Below, one piece after another: positions 37,988-50,765 of a stretch of 64,000 nt of DNA. Within the stretch, counting starts at the first letter, position 1. Every line of letters starts with the position of its first letter. The DNA comes from Octopus sinensis. Its lineage: Eukaryota. The notes below the pieces were generated by a model, which was not told the origin of the DNA, made no database searches, and saw only the letters and a program-made list of their open reading frames with translations. The stretch lies in NCBI RefSeq assembly GCF_006345805.1, contig NC_042999.1:17298001-17362000 (forward strand), written 5' to 3'. The position numbers and the translations under genes are program-made.

Positions 37988-39762
37988 TCCAAATCAGCAA
38001 TCCAAATGCTTTTACCACTGCAGATATAGAATCAGTGGCGGCGACGTTAAATTACATCGATTAAAGGAAGACGATGTAATAAAGGCTAGAGATGAAATGA
38101 AAATAGACTCAGCTATTGGCCCGATGGATTCCCTGCAATCCTCCTAAAAGTATGTAAGAGAGTCTTAGCAAGACCACTGCAGTTCCTCTTTCAGAGCTTC
38201 TTGCAGCTGGCAAACTTCCAAGAAAACTGAAGGAAGGTAAAATATGTTCCTATTCATAAAGGAGGTAGCAGAGCGGAGGCCAAGAACTACAGACCTATCT
38301 CTCTGACCTCACACATCAGCAAGGTCATGGAACGAATAGTCAGAGGAAACTAATTACCTTCCTTGAAGAAAATGACCTGCTGCCTGACACCCAACATGGT
38401 TTCCGACCAGGAAGAAGCTGCTTAACTCAGCTCCTGCAGCACTATGACTGGGTGCTGAAACGGCTGCTCAACCCACTCAAATGTGGAAGTGATATATCTC
38501 GACTTTGCAAAGGCCTTTGAAAAGTCGATCATGGAATGATATGTCACAAACTGCGTGATCTCAACATAGTTGGAAAACTGGGAGAATGGCTTCATGACTT
38601 TCTGAAGGATAGAAGTCAGGTGGTATAGTAGCCAATGGGGCCACCTCCATTAACACACAAATAGTGAGCGGTGTTCCACAGGGCACTGTTCTGGGACCAC
38701 TACTGTTCATAATGGCCCTCTCAGACATGCCTTCAGCCACGCAGAGAGCCACGATCACAAGTTATGCAGATGATACGAAAGTTCACAGGCAATACAGAAC
38801 CCTGAGGACACTAAAGACCTGCAATGTGAGCTGGACGAAAAACAACAAGTGGGCTGAAAAGAATAGCATGCAGTTAATGCTGGAAAGTTTCAAGCTTTAT
38901 ACTATCAGCATGCCAAACTGAAGCAATACCCAATGAATACACTGGACCCGGAGGGATTGCAATCCCAGAGGCACAATCAGTGCGTGACCTGGGTATTCAC
39001 ATGACTGATGACGCGACCTTCATGTACATGTTGCTAACTGACAATGAAATGCAGACGGCTGGCTGGCTGGATTCTTAGAACCTTAGACAAGAGAACAAGA
39101 AACCATGATGGTCCTCTGGAAGACACTTGTCCTAAGTCCTTTGACTATTGCTCTCAGCTATGGTCACCATCCAGTGTCAAGTTGATCACAGAACTTGAGG
39201 CGATCCAACGAAGCTACACGAAGAAGATAGCCTCATGCAGAATGTAAGCTACTGGGAAAGACTCAAGAGATTAAAATTATATTCCCTGGAGCGTAGGCGG
39301 GAAAGATATGCCATATATACATCTGGAAGATCCTGGAGGGAAGTGTCCTGAACTTTGGCATCGAGAGTTACGCAAACGCCAGAACTGGGCGCCACTGCGT
39401 GGTGCCTAGGACTCCAAACTTGCCATCAAGATGTAGGACAAGATTCTGTGATAGCCTGGCTTCCGAGGCCCACAGCTCTTCAATATCCTCCCGAAGAACC
39501 TGAGAGACCTGCATGGGGTGGATACAGATGTCTTTAAAATGAAGCTGGATCTCTTCCTGCCAGGTGTCCAAGATGAACCAACTACACGGCAGGAGGGGCA
39601 GATGAGGGCAGCTGCATCGAACTCTCTCATGACACCAAATAGCAGTTGCTAGAAAGCCTCCATGAGTGAAGTGAAACCAAAGTAGCAACAACCAAATGGC
39701 GGTGCCCCAGCATGGCCACAGCATCAGCTGAACTGGAATCAATCAATCAATCAATCAATCAA
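37988..39762 (+). mobile_element. CR1-group LINE 3' part (copy C, subfamily 1)
   Basis: RT domain FRPGRSCLTQLL, DFAKAF, GVPQGTVLGPLLF, YADD; near-identical to copy A; (TCAA)n tail; first ~150 bp overlap the end of B1. Confidence 0.95.
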
Positions 39763-39998
39763 TTATATATACATATATATATATACATATATATATACAT
39801 ATAGATATTACATATATATACATATATATCTAACATAGATATATACATATATACATATATATCTACATATATATAACATATATATATATATACATATAGT
39901 TATAATACATATATATATATATATACATATACATACATACATATATATATATAAATACATATAATAGGCATATACATATATATATATATATATATACA

Positions 39999-40065
<67 letters not shown>

Positions 40066-40707
40066 CATATCATACATATATATTTATATATATACATATA
40101 TATAATCATATATATATATTACAGATATATATATATGCATATATATATATACATATATATTTACATTATATATATATAGACATATATATATACATATATA
40201 TATATGTATATATATATATATAATACATATATATATATACATATATAGAATATACATTATATATATATACATATATATATATGTATATATATATATATAC
40301 ATATATATATAGTATAATATTATATATACATAGGTATATATATATATATCTATATATATATGTATATATATATATATACATATATATATATGTATACATA
40401 TATACATACATATGTATATATATATATATACATATATACATATGTATACAAACATATATATTATATATGTATATATATATATACATATGTATATATACAT
40501 ATATAGATATGTATATATATATAAATATATATATATATATAAATAAAATAAAATATATATAATATATATATATTATATATATATATATATTACATATATA
40601 TATATCCATATATCTATATTTCTATCAAATTTCTTCCCTTTCTCACAGTCTCGTCCATTATATCAATATACCGATCAGTATAGGTATATATAAATTACGA
40701 AAAAGAA

Positions 40708-41080
40708 AATGGTGATTAGAAAGTTAACTGTTTATTATTAACAGCAATTTAATAATCATGACTTACAGCTGTTTCAATTAATTTTCAGTAATTATTAAGT
40801 AAATATTGAATTTATATGACCTGAGCATATGTTTAGGGGAAAAGAAACATACCCTTGAATGTGTTACATGGGTTTATGGATTCATTACAGAATACTTAAT
40901 ATGGATTCATTATAATAAATCCATAAACACAAAACATCGAAGGGTATATATTTTCCCTCAACTCATAATATAAATTTAATGTATACTGAACATTTACTGA
41001 GTATTAATTGACACAGCTGTACGATATGATGATACATTTGCTGTTAATAATAAACAATTATTAAATTCGCAATCCCCATT
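40708..41080. mobile_element. Imperfect foldback MITE (~170-bp arms)
   Basis: aatggtgatt...attattaacagcaa...cagctgtttcaattaat...gtttatggatt versus aatccataaac...attaattgacacagctg...ttgctgttaataat...aatccccatt; right arm and its flank also present at ~28050-28250. Confidence 0.7.
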
Positions 41081-41083
41081 GTA

Positions 41084-41131
<48 letters not shown>

Positions 41132-41230
41132 TAAGATATATATATATTATATATGAATGTATAGATATCTATTTTATATCCATAACTCCATATATGTCTG
41201 TCTGACTGACTGTCTGTCTGTCTGTCTATC

Positions 41231-41277
<47 letters not shown>

Positions 41278-42235
41278 ATGTATAGACACGCACACAAACA
41301 TACATATATATAGAGAGAAAAATATATATGTGAGCGTATGCTTATGTGTTTGTATGTGCTATATGTGTAAATCTTATGTATTTATGAATGTTTTCCTCGA
41401 AAATATTAATACTCTTGGAACGAGTGCACCATAATTCGAAGGATATATTTGTGGAAATGGTTTTTTTTTTCTAAAGAAAAAAAAATGAAAGAAAACCTAT
41501 CCTGTATTTCCGACATATTTTGAGTTTGCTCTCAACGATTTACGACGAATGTCATTGTAATAAATGCGAGTAAACAGTATACCAATAGCTTTATTTGAAT
41601 GACAATGTTAATGTATATTCTTCGATAAATTCTATTGTTGCATCGATAACAACCCCAGCATATACGAATACACGTACACCAAGCACGAGTATATATTGAC
41701 ATATATTGCCTTGCTTCTCGCTGTATTTCTCTACCTCATTATCTCTTGTCAGACTCTCAGTACATAAATATGTATGTATATATATAAATATGTATATATA
41801 TAAATATGTATATATATAAAATATATATATATATATATATAATATATGTATATATATAGAGATATATATACATACTATATATATATATACATATATATAT
41901 ATATGTGCATATATTTATATATACATATATATATATGTACATATATATATATATATAAATATGTATGCATATATATATATATATATATATATATAATGTA
42001 ATATATATAATATATATGTATATATATTATTATACTCACATTTTATATCATGCTATACGACACACGCACACACACTCATATATGTAAATATATATATATA
42101 TATATATATATAACTTTTAGCGTCACGAACTTTTACCGAAATTTACATACGTAAAAGTCATATTTACATACCGAAATTACAGGTAAATATTGTTGTTGTC
42201 TAAAAAACCACGGAAATATTATTTACCCCTTTTAT

Positions 42236-42266
<31 letters not shown>

Positions 42267-42292
42267 GAGAGAGAGAGAGAGAGATATGTATA

Positions 42293-42332
<40 letters not shown>

Positions 42333-42587
42333 ACACCACACACACACACATAATAATATATATATATATATTTATATATATATATATACTAAATATGTGT
42401 GTGTATGTATCTGTGCGTGTGAGTGTATTTATGTGCTCAGTCTATATAATATATTTAATTGTTTAATTACATATACGCACAAAGATAAACGCAGACAGAA
42501 CACACATATATACACAACACGTAAAAACTCGGGAGCTATGATATATCATTAGATGTTTAACCACTTTTTATATTTAGGATTACGGAC

Positions 42588-43040
42588 GTTTTACATCTGC
42601 AGAATCCCCAAGGACATACTCTACGGAGAGCTTGCTAGGGGCACTAGGTTTGTGGGAAGACCGTTCTTACGATACAAGGATTGCAAAAGGGACATGAGGA
42701 CATGAGGGCCTGCAACATCAATATTAGCACCTGGGAAGCAGTTGCCAGCAACTGTGGAGATTGGCGGCGTACCGTAAAAGAGGGAACACAAAGGAGTGAC
42801 AGAGGGAGAAAGGAGAAATGAAAAGACAAGAAAAGACATCAACAAGAAACCATGACATTACAACCAGCCAGGCAAAGTCTGCGCTACATTTGCGCCACCT
42901 GCCTGAGGGAGTGTTTGTCCAGGATAGGACTACACAGCCACAGCAGGAGATGTATTAGGACCTAAATGTAGAAGCCGGACTAGATTATTTTATGCGCAAC
43001 TCCATTGTCTCCCGAGACAAAAAAAATGGCAACAATTTCG
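42588..43040 (+). mobile_element. RTE-clade LINE 3' fragment
   Basis: RIPKDILYGELARGTRFVGRPFLRYKD...WEAVA...WRRTVKEG...YICATCLRECLSRIGLHSHSRRC* (C-terminal C2H2-like finger). Confidence 0.85.
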
Positions 43041-43860
43041 GCATACGAAAATTATTTTACATGTCTGCACGAATGTGACTGCTACGCATTCAACACTACA
43101 GTTGCACATCCACAATCATGCGGGTAAGAAGTCTAGCTCTTCCAGTCAGCACAACACGTATTGGATTAATGTGTGATATGATAACCAGATCCACCTGAGG
43201 AGCTTTCTGTAATAGTTATATAATTATTTGACACCTTATACTGAACTACAAATCTGCATATTCTTTCATGCTTTTATTCTTTTACTTGTTTCATTCTTGA
43301 AACTGCGGCCAGGCTGGGGTACCACCTTGAATATTTTTATTCGAATTGATCGACTCCAGAAGTGATTTTAAAAGTTTGGGACGCATTCTCTCAAACTGTT
43401 TTGCCGAATTGCTTAGTTGAGATGGCGTAAACACATCAACGCTGGCTGTCAAATGGTTTGCAGACAAAACACATAAATGCCTACGCACACATGTATATAT
43501 ATATATATATATTAAGTTTTCGTCTACCAAATCCATATACAGGTTTGCGATCGGTACCAAGCTACAGATGAAGACACCTGCCCAAGAGACTGAACCCGAG
43601 AGCATCTGTTTGTAAACTATTTTTCCTGCAACAGTAATGCAACTGCGTCAAGAAATACATACATACATATATATGTGAAAAGGCTGAGTTCTATTCCCTC
43701 CTTTACTTTGGAGGGTTCGAAAGGGCGATTTATAAAGAAAATTCTTCATATTTCATTGATTTTTACGAATATGAGATGTTGAGTCTAGTTGTGTTTTAGT
43801 TTATACACAACTATACTCAACAACATTTTTTTAGTATGCTCTTAATTCTTCATAAGGATA

Positions 43861-43914
<54 letters not shown>

Positions 43915-44322
43915 ATTATATATATATATTATTATATATATATACTATATATTAATATATATATATATATATAAATATAATATTTCCGAATATGTATTTG
44001 CTATTTCCTACATTTTATCTTCTGTAATAATAATAATAAAAATAATAATTTTCGATATATTCGTCTTGCACTGAGAACAGTCATTTGTAATTAATTTAAT
44101 TTAATTCAATTAATTTTAATTATTCTACCATGTTATTTACATGTTTTAATATCGCTGTTTGAAAAGATAGCATGCATATATTAAACTTCTTTTCAAATTT
44201 AACATCGTTTCTCCATCTTTTAACGATTTGTTGAGTTTCTATGGGATACCTTTCCATAAATTCTTATTACACAATATATTTACACACACACCACACACAC
44301 ACACACATATGTATATACATAT

Positions 44323-45322
44323 AAAGTCGCTATGACAACACCGTATATATATATTTGTTATTCACTACTGTTTTCAATTTCGTTTTCGTCTCTTGTATTC
44401 ACATCCGTATGTGCGTTCACATTCCTGTCTTCTACCAAGAAATCTAATGCTTACAGCTTAGTTTTTTTTCTTGGGGCTGGCCGAGTGGAGCAAATATCAG
44501 AATTGAACAGCCAAATTGCTATGATGATTCGGTGTCTGACTGAAGATTGAAGGCTTCGAATGATTTGTCTGTGTTCCGTGTTCGTCCCTTCCTGTATTTC
44601 ACGTTCAATATATAAAAACATTCATTCTTATATTATTGCGGCGTTACGTGCACCCCGCCGTTTGTTTGCCAATTTTAAACCCTGCACGACTTCTATACAC
44701 ACTGTCTTTTACTACCCGCCATTGCTTCTTCACCAAACTTTTTAGCGCTCCGATTCTTCCCCTCTCTTCCTCCCATCCTCCTTAATCCCTTCTTTCTCCT
44801 TTTCTCTTGGTCACTGATTCTGTCCCCTGCCTCCACCCTCTTTGATTCCCTTCTCTCTCTGTCTCTCTTTCTCTCTCACCTGCGACCTGCTGCTTCTTAA
44901 ACATTCTGTTGGCCTTCGTATCTCGACCAACATGTGTCCCCGCTACCGAAACGGTAATTATTTCTACGCCAGCTATGTTGGTTTGTTGTTTTTGTCTCAT
45001 TTGGTCTAAAGTCGTATGACAACCACCGTTATATATATTTTGTTTATTCATTACTGTTTTCAATTTCGTTTTCGTCTCTTGTATTCACATCCGTCTTGTG
45101 CGTTCACATTCCTGTCTTCTACCAAGAAATCTAATGCTTACAGCTTAGTTTTTTTTCTTGGGGCTGGCCGAGTTGGAGAGCAAATATCAGAATTGAACAG
45201 CCGAAATTTGCTATGATGATTCGGTGTCTGACTGAAGATTGAAGGCTTCGAATGATTTGTCTGTGTTCCGTGTTCGTCCCTTCCTGTATTTCACGTTCAT
45301 TATATATAAAAACATTCATTCC
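44323..45322 (+). mobile_element. Partial tandem repeat, ~685-bp unit x ~1.45 (possible Penelope-type pLTR)
   Basis: aaagtcg(c)tatgacaac at 44323 and 45008; second copy truncated at (TA)n; microsatellite flanks. Confidence 0.7.
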
Positions 45323-45424
45323 TATATATATATATATATACATATATGCATATGTTTATATATATGTCTATATATATATATATATGTAGACACACACATA
45401 TATGCATGTATATACGCAAGGTCT

Positions 45425-45535
45425 GTATCTTAGTGGTTACAGTATTCGACTCACGATTGCAAAGTTGTGAGCTCAATTCCTAGCGGTGCGTCGCATCATT
45501 GAGCAAAACCCTTTACTTTCCGTTGCTCCAGTCAT
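45425..45535 (+). mobile_element. Degenerate SINE S3-type head
   Basis: ttagtggtta A box, gagctcaattcc B box, ttgagcaaaac...ttgctccagtc body. Confidence 0.55.
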
Positions 45536-47004
45536 ATAACGAGGGAAAAATTACCTCTACATGTACTGAAATGGAGAGAGCTTATCACAGTCTGTATAAA
45601 GTTGAATCTGATGTAGAAGTACGTCAACGGTGTTTGGGGAATTGCCGAGCACTTGCTCCTTAATTTCCCTGTCAGGATTTCTTGTTGATCTGATCAATAC
45701 ATAACCTCCTGTGTGTTTAAAACGTACACTTATTTAACTAATCATAAATGCAATATTGTTTTTGGGTTCGGTCATACTGCATGTCGCTTTTGGCACACGG
45801 GGCCAACCGATGCCAGGGAGGGCAGTAATTAGTTTACAAAACTTGCTCGAATGTTTGCAATAAGGTGGACAGTAATGAAGAACGCCCATGTGTATTTAAA
45901 TTTGTCGGTCTCCAGCTAGATCAGATGTAGATTTAAAGATGTAGACTTTGTGCAAATACGGCATGCTATTTGCTCTGACGTTTTTGAAGTTCTGTCATCA
46001 ACCGCCTTGTATACATGCAATGATATTGACCCGCAAAGGTTAAAATTGCAAAGGTAACCTCAGCCGGAATTGAACTTACCACGCAGTATCTTGGAACAAA
46101 TTCTGCAAAACATTCTGTTCGATGTTTCAGTGACTCTATCAATTCGTTAAGTTTCATTTTATAGATTCGGAATAAAATTATTTCGAATGTTTTCTTGAAA
46201 ATTATTAGCACATTTTTAGTTTTAGTAGGCAAACAAATGAAATCCAGTATGTAGTAATATTCCAAAACACACAAGAGAGAAATGGAAGATATTCTTAGAG
46301 AGTCCAATGTGTGGAACGTTAAAAATATTTTATACAAAGACAGAGGACAAAACAGTGGATGACGAAAAAATGGTGCGAAAACAGGAAGAGAAAAATCAAT
46401 TATAGAACTGAATCTCTTGAGCGAGATACATTCGGAGTATTTTTTGCTATTTTATTTCCCAAGACAATGATTTTTACATTTTTATAATTTAAAAATTACT
46501 TAAGAAGCAAAATGCAAGTTTTGGAAAATAATTTGTATCAGTAACACCTAATACAGTATAAAACATATACGCAAGTAAAAATAAATTAGCATTTTTAAGT
46601 ATTCATTCATCAATTTCTAGGTGAAAAATGAAGGTAGATTAGGTAACAAATTAATTCTATTCTGCAATAAGTAGAAACATAAAATTTAGTATTCCCCTGG
46701 TTAAGTGCAGATTTAGAAAGTAATTAATAATTTGCTTGCGGCATGAGATAATTTGTAAAGGGAGTTGTCATTTTATGCGATAGCAGAATGTATGAAAAAG
46801 TTTTAGTGTGATCACTATTACTATATTATTATTATTTTCTGTAAATACTTATATATTGGTTTCAAAGTCTGGCACAAGACCTACAAGTCTGTATGTCGGG
46901 GAGCCAATTGCATCATCCCAGTGCTCAATTGGTTCCTGTTTTATCGTCGCTGAAATTATCTCAATTGTTACTTGTAAATTCATCTATTATCTTTGCTTTT
47001 AAAA

Positions 47005-47415
47005 TGAGGCGAGCTGGAAGAAACGTTAGCACGCCGACCGAAATGCGTAGCTGTATTTCGTTTGTCGTTACGTTCTCAGTTCAAATTCCGCCGAGGTCGA
47101 ATTTGCCTTTCATCCTTTCGGGGTCGATAAATTAAGTACCATTTACGCACTGGGGTCGATGTAATCGACTGAATCCCTTTGTCTGTCTTTGTTTGTGTTC
47201 TCTGTGTTTATCCCCTTGTGAGTAGTAAAGAAATAGGTATTTCGTCTGCCGTTACGTTCTGAGTTCAAATTCCGCCGAGGTCGACTTTGCCTTTCATCCT
47301 TTCGGGGCCTATAAATTAAGTACCATTTACGCACTGGGGTCGATGTACTCGACTTAATCCGTTTGTCTGTCCTTGTTTGTCCCCTCTGTGTTTAGCCCCT
47401 TATGGGTAGTATTGA
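47005..47415 (+). mobile_element. SINE S1 tandem multimer (head plus two ~184-bp bodies)
   Basis: ggcgagctggaagaaacg head; gtatttcg at 47053 and 47237; junction gtaaagaaatag|gtatttcgtc. Body resembles the Nin/Deu-type SINE domain as recalled. Confidence 0.92.
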
Positions 47416-48884
47416 AATATATATTATCTTTATTTTCAAACCACGTGTATTTGCCAACAAATTTGTATTTTGCTGTGTATCACATTTCATCATATTATTT
47501 CTTCCTCAACATTCTCGGTAATTAAATTGGACATTGGTTGGAAGCTGCACATTCATAAAAGAAAGAAAACTATTCGCGACGTGCAGTCTTTTGTTTGTTA
47601 AGGCCTTTTGTTTATTATAAGTTTAATAGGCATTATTTGGGATAGAAATTATGATTCCGCCTACTGTTTAGCTACACTTCATATCTCTGTTTGAAATATA
47701 ACTATGTTTAAGCAGTCAATGATTTTATGGGAGTATTTTTCAGAATGTTATGTTCAATATAAATACATTGCATTGAGAGTGATAATTCAGAGGACAATAT
47801 TAAATGATCAGAAATTCAAACGAAACTACGTGGAAATAGCAATATATGAATTCAATAGAACATCTGCATATCCTCCTACACAATTTCATAGAATAAAATT
47901 ACTTAAAATACCATATATTGTCAACTTACTAAAAATAACGTAAACCATTTATAATGAGTTTATGTACTGTTAGCACATACACAGTAATCTAAAGTGAAAG
48001 AGAAATGATATTTCCACAAATGTACATTTGAAATGACTATAAATTCGAGAATCGTTTAACGTAAAATATTTGATTAATACGAGTATGATGTGTCTTTAGG
48101 CTTTGTTAATCGCTAAATACGCATATATTTCTAGATTTATATTGTTTACACCATTTTCATCAGCGTTGGCATTTCTCTCTGAAAATCTCATTTAAGTTTA
48201 ATAGAACAGTATACAATGCACTTTACAAAGAGGAGAATGAATAAATATTAAACTCTCGTCAATAAATACATCACTTGAAATTATGTGATACGTAGGATAT
48301 TATTTATCGAAATCTATTTTGTATGGTAGCGAATTAACGAAATATGCTACATGTACGAGCAAAGCTCAGAATATTTCAGTCACTAAACAGTATTAGCACA
48401 CAGTAAATACTCAATCGCAACGTTTTGTATTTAGTAAGGGTTATTTTTTCCCAGTGCTTAGAACATAGACTTTGCAACGAATCGCCTTATATTTACAAAA
48501 TTGTAAGATCCGTAGATATATGACTTCAAATTAGCAACGATGTATACTTAGAGTTATTCGAAGAGTCTCTTATACAGCAGTCCACATATAGTAATTAATG
48601 TAAGTGTAGGTATTAGGAACTGTAGCTGAGAATAAAGATATTCGAAGAAACCATAAATCTTAACTCATAACTAATTGAATTATGCTTATATGAACATCAG
48701 AATGAAAAATAATGAAACACAAATCAAAACAGATGTAAAAGAAGACATAACCGAGGGCAATGAAGAACCGGACGTGTAGGATTTATAGGCAATAAAACAC
48801 AATGGTTCGCCACCAGTCGGAGTGTAAATCAGTACAATTCTCCCAGGAGGATACATATGGCATTATTCGTTACCCATACTGATA

Positions 48885-49680
48885 TTGGCAGAATCATTAG
48901 AACACTGGGCGAAATGCTTAGCGGTATTTCGTCTGTCTTTACGGCCTGAGTTAACATTTCGCCGAGGTTGACTTTGCCTTTCATCCTTTCGGGGTCGATT
49001 GAATAAGTACCAGTTACGTACTGGGGTCGATGTAATCGACGAAATCCGTTTGTCTGTCCTTGTTTGTTCTCTCTGTATTTAGCCCCTTGTGGGTAGTAAA
49101 GAAATAGGTATTACGTCTGTCTTTACGGCCTGAGTTCAAAATTCGCCGAGGTCGACTTTGCTTTTCACCCCTTCGGAGTCGATAAATTACGTACCGGTTG
49201 CGTACAGGGGTCGATCTAATCGACTGGCTCCCCACTCCCCCAAAACTTCGGGCCTTGTGCCTAGATTAGAAAAGATTATCAGTTTCTCATAAGGCGGCGA
49301 GCTGGCTGAACCGTTAGAAAACCGGTCAAAATGTTTGGTGGTAATTCTTCCATCTTTACGTTCTGAGTTCAAATTCCGCCGTGCTCGAATTTACATTTCA
49401 TTTTTTGGGGGTCGAGAAATTAAGTTCCAATAAAGTACTGGAATCGACGTCATCGACTACCTCCTAGCCATGAAACTTCCGGCCATGTGCGCATGGTAGA
49501 AAAGGCTATTAGTTTCTGATAAGGCGGTGAGATTGCAGAATCGTTAGCATTCCGGGGAAAATGCTTAGCGGCATTTCGCTCGTCTTATGTATAGTTCGAA
49601 TTCCGCTGAAGTCGGAATTTCGGGTCAATGAAATAAGTACCAGTCGAGCACTGGGGGTTATGTCATCGATTTAGCCCACC
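48885..49680 (+). mobile_element. Cluster of SINE S1 dimers/monomers
   Basis: Repeated heads (48885, 49293, 49522) and bodies; same dimer junction at ~49105. Confidence 0.88.
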
Positions 49681-49707
49681 CCCACTAAAAAATAACGAAA
49701 ACGAACT

Positions 49708-49940
49708 ATTAGTGTTTAAGAGCGCGGGCTACTAGCGCCAAGATTCCGAGTTCGATTCCAGGCGGTGACTTTAATAATAATAATAACAATAATACAACAT
49801 CGAAAAAAACCTTAGGAACGAGAACCTAGGTTCGAAATTTCCTCAAGGCACCTGATGAAGGCTGGAGGGTATATCAGCTGAAATGTTGTATTAACAACAA
49901 ACAAGAGGAGGACGAATATCCGTCAATTGTAAATAATGAA
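49708..49940 (+). mobile_element. tRNA-headed short element carrying a degenerate hammerhead-like motif (family H3)
   Basis: tRNA-like head 49708-49768 with B box GAGTTCGATTCC (49748-59); then cac-CTGATGA-A-GGCTG-loop-CAGCT-GAAA-TGTT-GTA (49849-49890). Confidence 0.6.
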
Positions 49941-50097
49941 CACTGGACTTGTGCTAAAATTTGAAACCATCATTAGTTGTGCATGAAGTGCAATAATTTT
50001 GCAGTCAGAAGAATATTCAAGAATGTTTATTCATGTAGAAGCATATGTGTAACTTTGTGGGTTTACAAGTGAATATAAATATATTATTTTATTCTTT

Positions 50098-50515
50098 TAT
50101 TTCTTTCAGTCATTTGACTCCGGCCATACTGGGGTACCGCTTTTGTTCAAAGAAATCGATCCCAAGACTCATTCTTTTTAAGTCTTGTACTTTATTCTGT
50201 AGGTATCTTTTGCTGAACCGCTAAGTTACGGGTACGTAAACACACCAACATCTCTTGTCAACCGACGGTGGTGAGACAAACAAACACACAAACACAGACA
50301 CACAAATACACACACAGACACACACACATACATACACACACACATACACACACGTATATATATACAACGGGCTTCTTTTTGTTTCCATCTAACAAATCCA
50401 CTCAGAAGTGTTTGATTGTTCCGAGGCTTTAGTAGAAGACACTTGCCCAGTGTGCCTGATTTCGGAATCTTGTGGCTGGTAAACAAACAGCTTACCACGC
50501 AGCCACTCCTGCGCC
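50098..50515 (-). mobile_element. SINE S2
   Basis: Collinear with 55655-56048, internal (CA)n. Confidence 0.88.
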
Positions 50516-50644
50516 TATGTATGTATGTATGTATGTATGTATGTATGTATGTAGTATGTATGTATGTATGCATGTATGTATGTATGTATGTATGAATCTA
50601 TCTATCTCTCTATCTGTCTATATATATATCTATCTATCTATCTA

Positions 50645-50705
<61 letters not shown>

Positions 50706-50765
50706 CTTTCTAACTCTCACTCTCTCTATATATCTTTATATGTTTATGTATGTGTGTATGCATGT
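50516..50765. repeat. (GTAT)n/(CTAT)n tetranucleotide microsatellites
   Basis: Directly visible. Confidence 0.97.

Noticed and set aside
34837-40609. Numerous [12 protein letters not shown] ORFs here and throughout the window
   Set aside because: Translations of (TA)n, (CA)n and (TATG)n microsatellites.
45545-45690. Protein-like frame TEMERAYHSLYKVESDVEVRQRCLGIAEHLL
   Set aside because: Short, no identifiable family or splice boundaries.
45966-46337. 123-aa ORF with an apparent GTAAGT splice donor
   Set aside because: 46010-46110 on the minus strand aligns to a decayed S1 SINE (gttcaattccggctgaggttacctttgc).
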